A stretch of 64,000 nt of DNA from Epiperipatus broadwayi (taxonomy: Eukaryota > Animalia > Onychophora): positions 13,516,001 through 13,580,000 of the forward strand of contig JAQFVV010000009.1 in NCBI GenBank assembly GCA_028023455.1, given 5' to 3'. The notes below the pieces were generated by a model that was given only the letters and a program-made list of their open reading frames with translations, did no database searches and had not been told where the DNA came from. Positions 12,340 through 26,495 of this stretch are shown here, one piece after another. Numbering within the stretch: the first letter of the stretch is position 1; each line of letters opens with the position of its first letter. Position numbers and translations under genes: made by a program.

Positions 12340-13330
12340 TTTTCAATTATTATCAATCCATGGCAGGATAAAATGCTTTCTAATTCTGATTCAGTTTTTC
12401 TCATACATAGTCTCTTTCTAGATTTTTCAAAATTTCTTAGATACCAGACTGTGATTTCAAAACTTCAACTATCATCTTTTCTAGTAATATTACCAGTGAA
12501 GCTTCACTTCAGTTTCTAATTCCTTCAATAATGTCTGTAATATTTTCTTACTTTCCTATCCAAGTATTTCACTTCGATTCTTTTTGTTGCTCCTAGCATG
12601 TATCTATCCATATCACATTAAATGATTTGAAATCTTTAGATTACTATATCCAAGTCTCAAACCATAAAAAATAAATGGTCAAACACATAATATTAAAAAC
12701 TTTTCTTTTCAAACACAGAAGCATATTTTATTTTTAGCAAAATCACTCACATATGACTGTAATTCTATGACTAATTTAATCTATTATGTTTCCATTTGCA
12801 TTAATAATCTGACAAAGGTATTTGTAATTGTTAATTTCTTTTAATTCATGATTATTAATCATTATTTTCTTTTTCTGAGAAAATTCATTGAACATTATTT
12901 TAGTCTTTTCAGTATTTATCATTAGTCCTAATTTAGATTAAATAATCTCCATATATTTTTATACCTTTAACTTTCCATTTTAATCTACAAAATATTTTTT
13001 GCAAAATTGTTATAAAAAATTTTGGAGATACGTAATCACTCTGTTTTTTCCATGATCAATGATAATCTTGCATCATCATAAAAATTACTTCTGTTACATT
13101 TTAATAAATATTTTTTAAAATCTGATATCTTTGATCTAAATCATGATGGTCCAAAGCTTTGATATACTGTGGAAAAACTTATGGAATCAAATTATTTTTC
13201 AGCTAGAAATTCACAGCTTAATTAATGGTATTTATTGATCATGGACATAATTCACTGTAATCAAACCATTTTAAAATCCAGTTTGTTCTTTTGAATAATT
13301 TGAATCCAAAGTTTGCTGTAGATGAGTTGC
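12340..13330 (-). mobile_element. Decayed RTE-clade LINE (RT region to 3' end)
   Basis: Minus translation HLQQTLDSNYSKEQTGF*NGLITVNYVH resembles the RTE RT motif LDxxQPxEQAGFRxGxSTxDHI; DNA similarity to 33500-34700; many stops. Confidence 0.75.
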
Positions 13331-16300
13331 AGATTTATAGACAAATTTGAAGCAAAAATTGTGGAAACAATTAGTAGATTTAAAAGCATTAATTGATTTT
13401 TATGAAATTATGTTGTACTGTAAAAAGTGAAACTTGCACTATAATATTTTTAACGATTTTAATTGCTTGTATTTTAGTTTTGACCTAATTAGAAAAGTAC
13501 CATTAAATATAGTTCACAAGACAATCTATCAAAAGGCATTGAAAATAAGATTGTTTTGAAAAATAATAACATAATTTTAAAATGGAAAATCAGAATTGCT
13601 CAATCTATGGTTTATGGATATGAATGTTGACCACTGAAAATGGAAAACAGAAAAAATATCATTATATCTGAACAGTGGCATTGGCAAATAATTTTGAGAA
13701 AATTATGAAGAAAAATGAACTAGTGGACATTTAATTAGATTAGGCATGAATTTTTAAAACCCAAATATTTTGATCAAAGTTAATTTATTTTAGTCATAAT
13801 ATGAAGTGACATTTAACTCATTAAAAAATTAATAATGCTTAGAAAGATTCAAAACTAGAGGAATAATCAATTTCCATCATTGATGAATATATCATTAAGA
13901 AGAATGAATAACTAAAAGATAATAATCCTTTCTAGAGAAATGTCATTCACATAATTATCAATAGTCAGTATTGATTTGGAAGCATATAATAGTAATAAAA
14001 ATGACTTGTGGTTAGAGAATGTCAAACAATCACAAATTATCACTAATAATAATCAAGTATCATCATTTAATTATACTACTATATTGTTTAGTTAACAATT
14101 TATCATCAGGCAATAATATTTTCCACAAACCAATTAGAAATACAGTGAACAAACATTGGGCATCAGAAAATAATAATTAATATCTATATGTTTTCATAAT
14201 ATGATATCATGTTCATTATGCTATTGAAAAACAGTGTTAAATTTTAAATCAAAATTATGTATTTATTAAATTATTAAGATTTGATAGTCATTTTGTATAC
14301 TTTAAATGCAAACATAATGGCAAGTATATCTTGATATTTTGGTCACTTTTTGAAACTATACACAATAAAGATATCTGTTAAAGGCCAAGCAAAAAAAAAT
14401 CATGTAACACTTTTTCTAAATTCAGGAATCTTGTTTACTGAAAACCTTAATGACTAAAGAAACAATTACTTGATTGAATAAACAAACTAGTTAAATGTCA
14501 TGTTTGATTGGCTGCTGGGTGGAGCAGAATGATTAAAAACAAAAAAGAAATGGCATTCATTTTTAAAGAGAAAAATGAAGTTATATTCTCATCTTAGTCT
14601 AGTAATGACTTGATTTGCAATTTCTAAAACTATAAGAATAATTATGAGTGCAATTTCCAATTATTATAAATATTGTTAATAGACAAATTTTGACAGATGA
14701 AATAAAACAAATAATTTGTTAATAAATTAACTTTTCAACTTAACATATAAGGGTGTGTGTGACTAATTTAATACTACTATTCAAATGGCTTCTTTTTCTG
14801 AGATTTCATAAGAAATTTGAGTGACAAAAGTCACTGGAAACAATCCTAAGACCGCACATTGCTCTCTACCATTCCAATAAATTGTACTGGACATTAAATC
14901 AGTTAGATAACTTTACAACTATTTTAAACATAAATTTAGGAAAAATTATTTCTTTTATCAGTCCAAGAATAGTCTTTGATTTATAGTTTTTTTAGCATAA
15001 AAGTTTCAAATCTTTGCTTATAGCAGATTTTTTAAACAGCTTTTTAAAAAAGATATAATCTGTTGTCAAAATGGATTTTTCTCCCATAGTTTAAATATAT
15101 GTAGGTACTGATATAATTTGGCGGCAACTGTGCTGTTTTTTGCGATAATGATGATTGGAGGATTCTAGATTGTTTATTAGTACAAAATTTCGCAGTCTCT
15201 CTTCCAATAATCATCACACTTTTATCTGATAGCAACTGTCATAAATTCTAAGTTTCATCTCATTGTCCTTTATTTATAGAAGAAAACTCTTAACTGTATC
15301 TGTGATACAACTATTACTATTTGTTACTAACTCATCTGTGTTTCTTATATAAACTTTTAACAGAATGTATTTTTTTAAAAAAAACACAAAATAATATGTC
15401 TTGTCTTAATTTTTGTTCTGCTTTTCAATTATACAAACATTTTTTTTATGTACATGTTAATTACTTGAAATTATTTGATAGTTAAATTTAGAAAACCATG
15501 CTTTTTTTTTTTTCAAAATTTAAAACTAAAGTAATTACAATATCTTGATTTTTTTTCATCTGATTTTTAATTATAATTGAATTAATTAGAAAATAAATTC
15601 TTAATGTATATATTACATATGTACACGCATTAAAAAATAAATTTAGCAAATCTGACACAGTTTTTTATTTTTTGTCTAGATTTAACTATGAAAGCATGAT
15701 TCTCATTATTGATAATAATATCCGTCTTCTACGGTATAAACATAAAGCTTTTTTTTTTCATCTGAATCTTTAAGATTTTTTTTTTTTTTACGATTCGAAA
15801 TTATGGTCACCCATTTTAATGACAAAGGCATTTTTTCTTTCATTTTAATCCATAGGTTGTTGATTTGATTCAGAGATAAATTTTATTCTATTCTGTTATT
15901 CTTTTTCATAATTCAGTGCTAAATGTTATGATTAATGAAAAGAGAGAATAGAATACATGTCTTATATGTAGTCATTATCTTACTTTATTTTCCCTATACA
16001 TAATGATTAGGGTGCAAAATGTTTGTCAATTTAATAGTTGCATGTTACCTAAAATATATATTTTCTTATCTTCTTTTTTATTATCTGAAAACAATTGAGA
16101 GATATTTTTCATAATTTTTTGACCCATTTGAGTATGATAAAGTTAATGAATGCAACTAGTGATCGGTTTGATAATAGAAGAAAAAATGTCAGATTTCTTA
16201 TTTTTTGTTTGTATCAATTTTTATTATTCATTATTTTGTCTCATCTTCATGAAAACTTTCAAATGTCACAGCATTAACAATAGTGTTTCTATAATCTTAT

Positions 16301-16420
16301 TCCTTTTTAAAATATTCATAAGTTATTTCACGGTTTTCAATTACTGAATGCCTTCTTATAGTTAAGAGATTTTCAGTTTGTTGAATTTGATAGATTATTA
16401 TATCACAACAATAGAAAGCA

Positions 16421-16531
16421 TTTGTCAAGCATTGGTGGTCAAGAGGTCAGCGGCAGCTGCTTTACAAGCAGTTGTCCAGGGATAGTGGGTTCGCTTCCCA
16501 GCTGATGCTATGACACATGAGAAAAAACAAA
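16421..16531 (+). mobile_element. tRNA-Gly-derived mini-SINE with 14-bp TSD
   Basis: GTCAA-GCATTGGTGG...GGGTTCGCTTCCCAGCTGATGC-TATGAC plus A-rich tail; TSD AACAATAGAAAGCA at 16407-16420 and 16532-16545. Confidence 0.85.
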
Positions 16532-18581
16532 AACAATAGAAAGCACATCATTTCCTGTAATATCTTTCTGCTTGCTTCAATTTCTATATGTAACTCCTTA
16601 TTCATTCTATTTTATTCCTTATTTCTAAGAAAGGGTTTTTTTTATAACTTTCTTTTATTTTTGTTCAAGTTTCTGATAATTTGTTTTAGCATATTTTTCT
16701 AACTTTGTTATCATAAATTTACTAAATTGCTGATTGACATTTTTTAAATTTGGATCTGCAACCATAATTTTAGTTTTATTACATGAAATTAATAGTGATC
16801 TGATTGTTACTATCTCCTCCAAGTTACAAACAGTAGAATCGATCCTAAGTTAGGTTTGATTGGCAGTTACCTGAAGATTTATTAGCAGGTTGATTAGTAA
16901 GTTTTTTTAATAATCACTACCCTGATAGATTATGCTCCTAATGCTATAAATTCATTTAGATCTTAAGCTTCAACTCTCTATCTATTGCTAGAGACAAATT
17001 CTACCCTTGTAAACTTTCCTAAAAAAATTTATAAACAGTATATATTTTGTCATAATTTTCAATTAGGTAATATTTATAATGCTAATTATTTGTTGATGTT
17101 TTAATGTATATATTTAGCAAAGACACACACATAAGAAAATTAAATTTAGCAAAAGTGAAGTGGACTTGGTTTATAACATTGCTGTTTTAAATTATGCATA
17201 CATGAATGGTTTTCAGCAATATGCTTAATCTAAGAATTTTGTTAACAACCATTTTCTTTTTAGAATATTGTTACATACTGTGTACGAATACATATTATTT
17301 TTGTATTAGCTAATATGTGACATATATTTGCTAACACAAAATCCAATATATATATTCTTGAATTTTTTTAAAAGAAAAACCTTAAATATTTTGTATCTTT
17401 ATACATAAAAGATGTTATAACTATAATAAATATTATTTTTATAGCATTAACAATATTACAATGTATTTATAGACATACCACATAAAACATTATAATACAT
17501 CAAATTCAAAATTGAGTAATTTAGTTTAATACAAAAAAAAAAATGGAGAAGTCTTTTATTGGAAGAAACTTTACTTAATTTTGGCTGCAAATGAAATTTA
17601 CTACTTTGCCTTGTTATTTAAAAGAAATGAAAAAGGCAACTTTTTCTCATTCGATAGTATAAAAGTAACATGATTTATTTCAAAACTTAATAATTTTCTA
17701 AAAATATATAAACTTTATTAACACTTATTGTGATTTCAACATGCATTCAGCCGATGGCACTGCTGTCCTTCATAGTTGCCTCACATGAAGTTATTTTCTT
17801 TTGCTGTCATAATTTTTATCCCTGTAAATGGGTGAAAATGACAGCTACATTAGTTGTAATCAGAGGAGAATAGATTTTTTTTCTAATGTTTGACCATTAG
17901 GGAACAGATTCTGATGACTTTCTTCAATAAAATAAAAAAATACAATTTTTTTAAAAATTTTCATTGTTTTTTTAATATTAAGTTATTAACTATTTATATG
18001 TATTATTATTCTGATTTTTATTATTAAGCTGAATTTTTAGTATGAATATTTTCATTCCATAACAATTAAAGTCATCTTAAATGTCATTAACATTAATGGT
18101 ATTTGCTTATATTTAGTTGTTTATTCCATCAATTTAGAGTCATAAGTATGGTCTTTTATTTTTTTCATTTTGTAAATAGGCAGCAATGTTTTGACTAAAT
18201 TTAGAATTTACATTATTGTAGGGTTCAAATTTTGTTCATAATTTTTTTCTTTACTTTTTGCTTTAGAAAAATCAAGAAGCGTGTGATTTTATTATTATTT
18301 TATAAAGTTAATAAATTACCAACTATTTGATTTTCAAAATTATACATAACCATGTGATTTGTATAATAGTTGTATTTCAAATTTTCTATAGTTAAATGAA
18401 AGTCTATTGAAAATTTCTGAAAATGTTATTTATTTTTTTATTCTAGATAAAGCTTTAATTTTTCATTTTTTATATTAGAAAATTTCCCTTTTTAATGGAT
18501 TGATATGAACTGTAGTCTTCTTTGGAACACATCATGCCCTCTATGTTGCTTTTGTAAATATGTGATATTATATATATTTAA

Positions 18582-19452
18582 AAAATAATAATCAGAAAAT
18601 AATAAATTCTTACAACAGCTATATAAATATCAAATTATTTTATATATACATAAAAAGCCTTTTTCAACACCTGATTTGGTGCCCTTTTCAAATGTCAATA
18701 ATCTATTACGTTAATGAGCTATTACAGATATAAAACCATCTAGTGTTCAATAATGAAATTAAAACAACCAATACAAATATAAATCATTAAAATAAATCAA
18801 AGTATAACTCAATTACAAAAAAATAAATTTATTAAATTATATAAGGAATATGGATATAATCCTAAAACTATTAAAAATATATTTTTAATTCTAAAACATC
18901 TGTAATAGATGATAATATTTCTGAGAAAAATAATTGTATTGATAATGGTAATAATGAATCAAATAAGAAATGGATTAGACTTTCATATTGTCCTATGATA
19001 TATAATACATTAAGGTATAACAAAAATTATATTGAGGAGGATATAAATATTGGCTGACCAAACAGTAAAAATCTCGATCTATTAATAGGTAATTATAGGT
19101 TAAGAGATGATATACGATATAAAAAAGGAATTGTATATAAAATTACATGTGAAATTTGTAAAATGATTTACTTTAGGCATACTGGCAAACATTTTGAGGT
19201 AAGAGCCAAAGAACATAATAATGCAATTAATAAAAAAGATGATAAATCTGCATTATATATTCACTATTTAAAATATGAGCATAGAATAGATGCTACAAAA
19301 AGTATTAAATGATTAAATTTCATCAAAGATCCAAAAAGAAGACAAATATACGGAACATAATTTAAATAATTGTATGAATATTTACAAGATTTCTATGAAT
19401 TTGGTTAATAATTGATTAATTAAAAATGAATAGAAAATTACATAAATTGACA
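18582..19452 (+). mobile_element. Decayed Penelope-like element 3' part (RT thumb/linker plus GIY-YIG endonuclease)
   Basis: From ~19127 KGIVYKITCEICKMIYFRHTGKHFEVRAKEHNNAINKKDDKSALYIHYLKYEH matches the PLE GIY-YIG with CxxC and the H residues; upstream YGYNPKTIKNIF matches the NGYP linker. Confidence 0.85.
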
Positions 19453-19457
19453 TATAT

Positions 19458-20854
19458 TGTAACGGTAAGAATTGTCCCTCCACGTAACAAAATCTAGAAC
19501 ACAGGCAAAATACACTAAAGATAATCAAGTATGGATACTGTGATCCAGAATCCGACCAACATTCAATCCTTTCACCTCTGCTCAATGATCTAATGCCCTA
19601 TGAATGACACTTCTCAACTTACACAGACATTCAATTTAACCTCGGTCCGGCAGTTACTCAGCGTAAAACAAAAAACTAGTAAATTAACTAGTTTAACACT
19701 GATTTGGTGAGATATGCACACATATGACTAAGTGATTAATTAATATATCAATGATTGACCTACATATAGATATAATGATGTATGTGCAATTAAATCTAGA
19801 GTTAAATAAAATGAACGCACAGACAATAAAATTATGAAAATGAGTTATATTTTAAATATTAATTTAATAAAACAATAACAAATAGTGAAACTTAAAATAT
19901 ATAAAATTATGCTATGAGAACATGAGAGATTACGCTTGCAGGCATTACATAACTAATGAGATTAATATTACATATCTCATTATAAGTGTTCAATAAAGGT
20001 AATGCGGTACTGAAGTTTATGCCTATATTAATATGCCAAATTTCTAGCTCTCATGTAGTCTGCTAGATCATATGGAACTTAATAGCCAAAGTTATATAAC
20101 TAACATAATAGTGCTCCTGTGGCATCTATCTATACAAAGTTAAGTCGAGCATATAATTAGGCTCAGAGATATGCAGGTTAGCATGTTAACCTAGATTAGG
20201 GTATACACTGATGCTAGATAAGCATTTAATATAAAGGGAGAGAAAACTGGTTTATGATAGGTTCACCTATATACTCTATGGCATATTAAAATATTAATAA
20301 AGCTAGAAGGTGTGAATGGGTCATTACTCATGGGCTTCAGTCTCAAAGACTTGGTTGCCCTAAAACCGATCAACTTGCTATGAATAAGAACAGTAGTAGT
20401 TCAGGGAATCAGATAAGCATTAATTAGAATAACCTAGGTCCTTGTGCTCTAGTTCTAAAAGTGTGTGCTTTACCTGTACTAAGTGGATAAGTATGACCTC
20501 CGCTATCAACTCAACAATAATCATGCAGCAAGCAGATAATTGTACATTGCGTACTTTGTAAGGACACATCCGCAACTTATACATATAACGCAAATACGTA
20601 AAATTATTTTATTGTGCCTTAAAATTAGATAGCATCTATTTGCATATCTATACAATCCAGTTCTCAAATTTAGTATTCCAAATATACTATTTAGGGACTA
20701 AACTAATAAGTAACCTAGTTTAATATTATCACCTGCATTTCAACATATATAAATCTAAGGAGGACAAAGCATATTTGTGGGATAATTATGAATAAAACAT
20801 TAAAATATGCTTTGAGACTATCTCTGTGGCTAGTCCTATGATGTACGAGTTACA
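19458..20854. mobile_element. Solo LTR (1397 bp) of an LTR retrotransposon
   Basis: Begins TGTAAC and ends GTTACA, with direct repeat TATAT on both sides (19453-19457, 20855-20859); higher GC than its flanks; no ORF. Confidence 0.75.
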
Positions 20855-22363
20855 TATATAAATAGTTATAATTCATAACTAGAATTAAGCAAACTACAAT
20901 TTTAACTAGAGAACGACTTATTATTGTAATATTAATACCCAAAAATTAATCAGTAAAAATAATAATATGATCTTGAAACAGCGAGTGAGAAAGAAAAATA
21001 ATAATTCAATTATTTAATATTTATTATAGCGAAGATTTGAAATTATCTTTGCAGATCGATAAGCTAAAATTATATTTATAAATACTTGTGGTTTCAAGTC
21101 ATTTGGCATATTAAATATATATAATATTAAAATGATAAAATCATAGAATAAATTGAATAGATTAGGAATAGGCACAAAAGACTGCAGGAAATTATACATT
21201 TAAAATAGATTATTAGAGTTTTATATTTTAAAAGAGAATTCAAGTTTTACAATCAGACAAGATTTAAACATTAGCATTTACAGTTTCCTTCATAGATTTT
21301 AGGAAAGGTGTTTGGAAAAGACAGATTTAATAAATAGCTAGCTTTTAAAAGAAAGATTTGAAAGTCACAGTTAATGAACAGAGCTCTGAGAGAAAATTTA
21401 TCAATTTACCAGTTCGTTGTTTTCATTGCAATTAGTTCTGAGCACTTGGGAAGATAATAAGTTGACACTTTTGATGATGATTTAAAGTTAATGGAGATTT
21501 TTCCACGGGCGGCTTTGCTGGTGTACGACATTATATTTTATCGAACCAAAGTCTTTTCCATTCCCCGGCTAGGGTCGAGAGGTGAGGGGTCACCTAACTT
21601 ACTCCAACATTTTGAAGGTGAAATGAGCATGGATTATGTTTACAATTCACTTATTATATATATGATCTGATTCTGGAAAACAAAACTAAGTATTTATATT
21701 TTTTTAACTCTGGCCACATGTTTATTTTTACGAGCTTATCTGTAGCTGAAAAGTCCATTTATTTATTTTAGAAAAATATATTTAATAGTCACAATGAATA
21801 GAAAACCCCATTTATTTCTTTTAGAAACACATTTTTAATTATGACAACTAATTTATATTTTGTTTTTCTGCAAATTTTGTTATTAACATTTTATATTTAC
21901 AAAATCAAGTTCACGCTATTTTAGGACTAATGTGTGACCTACTTTAACATTTGTTTACCAGTAACAAATAAAAGTTTCTTGATAATTAGTAGAAAACTAA
22001 TTTTATTACCATACATGTAGAATAACAATGGAAATATACATATGCAATTTCAATAATACAACAATAAAATTGGCTAAATAATTTAAGCTAAAATATTTCT
22101 TAAACTAGAAATATTTATAAAATGGTTACATATCTGTAATCTATACATATACTATTAAATTACAGACTTACCGTTTGCATATGGGTACTCTGAGAGGGTT
22201 TAAACCTGGCATACGGATAGATGTGGGGGTAAAATACGTGGAATAGGCAGATAGATAAATCTGACTGTTTCAATATATAATTGTAAAAAAAATGCATGTA
22301 ATTTATTTATTATATTGTTATGATATAGTCAATTATTTTGTAATTACTGAATTTATCTGTAGG

Positions 22364-22612
22364 CTTTGATTTATTTTAATGATTTATATTTGTATTGGTT
22401 GTTTTAATTTCATTATTGAACATTAGATAGTTTTATGTCTGTAATAGTTCTTTAACGTAATAGATTATTAACATTTAAAAAGGGTACCAAATCAGGTGCT
22501 GAAAAAGGCTTTTTATGTATATAGAAAATTTGCTGTTGCAAGAATTTATTATTTTCTGATTATTATTTTATATAGCTGTTGTAAGAATTTATTATTTTCT
22601 GATTATTATTTT
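22364..22612 (-). repeat. Inverted copy of 18582-18802 (Penelope fragment) with an internal 43-bp tandem duplication
   Basis: Reverse complement matches 18582-18802 at roughly 90% by eye. Confidence 0.85.
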
Positions 22613-25163
22613 ATGGAAGAACAGCATAAAGATATTTATTGTTTTCCAATTTGATGATTTTTAAAAAATATATTTTACTTTCATAAGTCTATTATAGTTT
22701 TGCAAACTTACATGTTTTACAAACTTACATGATAAAAAACATGAAATGTTTTATATTGATAATGTTATTTAATTTTTTGTAAAGATATTATTTGCATTTC
22801 TAGAGATATTAATTTTCTTTTTAATGATATTTTCTATATTTATAAAGATATTTTTTTGCTAAAATTTTTTTTTAAAAAAGTTAAACCTTATATTGAAAAT
22901 CATGTATAGAAAAATAAAACATATAATGTGGGTGTTCAATGCTATTGAATCAAATACTATTAAAAAAGTTAATTAAAAAATTATTAAGTTCAAGGCATTC
23001 ATTTTATTAAATACTATGTTAGTTAAGACATTTCAAATAACATAAACTTTTAAAAAAATAATGTAGACTTTATAAAAGTATTTTTAATATTATAATTGTT
23101 TATAAATATGACCAATCCAAAAATATGTGGTTTTAATATATCATATCAATAAAGATTTAAACTTTTTCCATGTAAATCAAAGTAGACAAAAAAATATTGA
23201 CCCAACTCTTACCTTAATATAATTGTTTTTGTTTTTTAACCTCTTTTAAATGTTTAATTAATTGCATTAATAATAATAACAACAACAACAAAGTATATAA
23301 CTGTGTTAATACAATAAAGTAACTTTTGAACAATCTTATGTAATACTATCTAGGTTAATTAATATGCATTTGTGAATAAAAAAGAAGTTTAATTCATTCA
23401 ATGAACAATTTTATTTATTTGCAAAAGATATGAATCCCATTCTTTCAATAATGTGAGCATTACTGTGTATACAAAAAAAAAAAAAAACCTCATCAGAATA
23501 AAAACTCAGATTTCCCCATTTTCAAAATCCAGTGAAGTAACATAAATTTCAAGCATCAAGAAAGCATTTTTCTGAATTAACTATAGAAACATTAGCTACA
23601 AAAAATAGACAATGACTTAGCATATTAGCCTTATATAATTAGGATTGTGTTTACTTCAATAAGATGATCATCATTGTAGTTAATTTTAATTACTATCAAT
23701 CTAATAAGTAAATTGATGATTAAGAGAAAACAAAATTAATACTCATTCCAGTTAAATATAAACAAAAAATCCTTTAAAAAATAATTTACAGGAGTGACAG
23801 ATTGAGCTGGACAGTTTCCTTTAATTTCCTAAATAGTTTTTTTAGTACTACTCAATTCACAATCGATTCAAAAAATATTCTTAATTCTATCGCTTTTTAT
23901 ACAGAACATTATAAACTATGAGAGAATAAGAAGAAACACAAATTTACCAAAAAATATTAATGAAAAATAAACAATAATTACATATTTTTAAATATCTTGT
24001 ATATTAAAATATATTTGATTCATAAATAAAAATTAGTTATGTAAAAGTTTTAGTTTGAATTATAAAAAGACCCCCCCCCTTCTCCCGTGATATTTATTCA
24101 TTTTAAAATAAATAATCATTACTACATATATAAAAGTAAGTATTCTTTTTCGTGTGTAATTAGCTTTATTTGACGTGATATCACTTCCTTTTGCAGGTTA
24201 GTCTCTATTTTCTATGTTGTAATAATTTTTTTTTTTTCCAAGCGTTTTTAATGTAATTATCACATGGCATTAAAGTATACATTCCTGCAGGATTTATGTG
24301 CTAACTGCTTGGGTGGGAGTTAAATAAAAAGGAAAGAAGTTTTATAATTAGTAGAAAACAAAGTCATTAATAAGCTGTTTTTCCATTGAATAATAAGTCC
24401 AATTCTTCCTTTCCAACTGGGTTTTGTTTTTCTTATTTTGATATCCATAAATAACTACTTGAGACAAAAACAATAAAGATCATATTATAAAGCTGGCATT
24501 GGAGACTGTGACAGCGTGGATAAAATAACAGATGTTTAAAATTAATTTATTTTCAGCTCATAGAAAAAAAAGCTGTAATGCAAACTCTATTCAGGAAACA
24601 CATTTAAAAATAATTCAGAAAGTCTTTCTATGGAGATTTCCAATTGCAATTATATATATATATTTTGTTTTTATCAGTGTGTTTTTCATCTTAGCTTTAT
24701 CATATCGCAAACATCCATTAGCACAGAAGTCAGCCTAACCTCTTTCATTAAGAATGCACATAGTTACAATATATAAGATAACTAAAAATATTACTTTCCT
24801 TATATTTCCAACAGTTACTGGTATACTTGTGATAATTAGCACATACACTTCCACGAACAAAAGTTTGAATTCCAAAAAAAATAAAACTTTTTTTTATATA
24901 TAAAAGCTGTGAATTTCCAAAGAAGTTTAGAATTTTTTTTTCTTTGTAGGTGATCCACAGCTAACCAGCTAATTATCCAATTATTTGTCAGTAAATGGGT
25001 TTCTAGCTATTCTTAGCTATGAGTTAAGACAAGAAAGTAAATCAATAAAAATTAATAATATTTCTGTAGTGTAATTTTCATTACATCACTCTCACGCAAG
25101 GTAGGGAGTGGTTTCTATTCTCTTTTAACATCTTGTTGAGGAATGTAATCATAAACATATACT

Positions 25164-25207
25164 CAAAGACATTCATATTTCGTGCTGAACTAGCACTCAT
25201 CCGTTAG
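25164..25207 (-). ncRNA. Hammerhead motif (family 1), one core substitution
   Basis: CUAA-CGGAUGA-GUGCU(AGUUC)AGCAC-GAAA-U(AUGAAU)GUC^-UUUG: perfect 5-bp stem II with G10.1-C11.1 and a GUC triplet, but U4 changed to G. Confidence 0.6.
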
Positions 25208-25705
25208 CCCAGACCATAATCTCTTACACATATCTTTACCACTGTTCAGTACCTATATATAGCAAATTCCTACAGTTTAATTGATAAGTGTCAAATGTCC
25301 AGCTCTCACAACTTTAACACAAATCGTTTATTGAATGTATATTAATAATTTTTATTAGTCACTCATTAGACTAGAGATTATCCAATAATGAATAATATTT
25401 CTGTAGTGTTCATTACACCACTCTCATGAAGCAACAACAACAAGGTATTAAAATTGGATAGAAAACATTCTCTATCTTGTGTGAGAATGGCGTAATGAAA
25501 ATTACACTGCAGAAATATTATTCATTATTGGATAATCTTTAGTCTAATGAGTGACTAATAAAAATTATTAATATACTTTCAATAAGTGATTTGTGTTAAA
25601 GTTGTGAGAGCTGCACATTTGACATTTATCAATTAAACTGTAGTAATTTGCTATCTACATATACTGAACAGTGATAAAAATATGTGTAAGTGATTGTGGT
25701 CTGGG

Positions 25706-25747
25706 CCAACTAAGGAGGGCTGATTCAGCAGAAAATGTGCATCTTGG
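25706..25747 (+). ncRNA. Degenerate hammerhead motif (family 1)
   Basis: CCAA-CUAAGGA-GGGCU(GAUUC)AGCA-GAAA-AUGUGC-AUC^-UUGG: stem I intact, core damaged. Confidence 0.5.
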
Positions 25748-26495
25748 GGATCATAAACTTTTTTACATTTTGATCATATACTTATGATTACATCCCTCAA
25801 CATGGTGTTAAAAGTGGATAAAAAACATTTCCTACCTTGTGTATAGTGATGTAATGAAAATTACAGTACACCTCTAGTCTGAGTGACTAATAAAAATTAT
25901 TAAATGAATAAAAACTCTCATCAATAAGTAATTGATTAACCTGGTAAATGAATGCTATCTTTCCCTGTTTCTCTATGCAATGGATTATCTGAGATTAACT
26001 TCTATGAAGCTTTTGTTCACAGAATATTTCTGAAATATTTTTCCACAATCATTTAAATTTTCCAGCTTGCATAATAAGATAAACAAGGTTATATTTTCAC
26101 TTTAATGCAACTTGTTGCAAGCTTGAGAACTCAGAAAGTATCAGATGCATCTAACATCACCATTCCCAGATCAGTTTTTGGCCTTTATCCTTGTCAATTA
26201 GACTTTGGGATTAAAAATTATGCAGTCAAAAATTTAGCTTTAAATAACATTTTACTATTCAAGTTAAAAATTTAAAATTCAAATTAGCCTAAAATTGTGA
26301 ATTCAAATCAATCTATCTGAACAATTATATAGATCTGGTTGCAATTCAATAACCATATATTTTAATAATCTCAGTTCTTTATTGCCTGAAGGCATCTTTT
26401 GTTTTTGCTGACTAAGAATATTAATAATAACAACATACAAAATTAAAATGCTTGGCAAGTGTATAATTGCATTTCTTTCAATTTGAAACCTAAGA

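Larger units (their letters stand above)
25054..25903. mobile_element. Head-to-head inverted pair of ~337/360-bp hammerhead-bearing monomers (family 1 relative)
   Basis: Left arm 25054-25430 has its unit start repeated at 25054 and 25391. Right arm ~25438-25866 is the inverted homolog with its own terminal direct repeat (ttgtgt at 25477 and 25837). Confidence 0.8.

Noticed and set aside
14860-15330. Coding-like minus-strand relic (NPPIIIIAKNSTVAAKLYQY)
   Set aside because: Many stops and no assignable domain.
25054-25903. CRISPR-like or satellite array
   Set aside because: Only about 1.1-1.3 units per arm, no short repeat-spacer periodicity, and a eukaryotic context.
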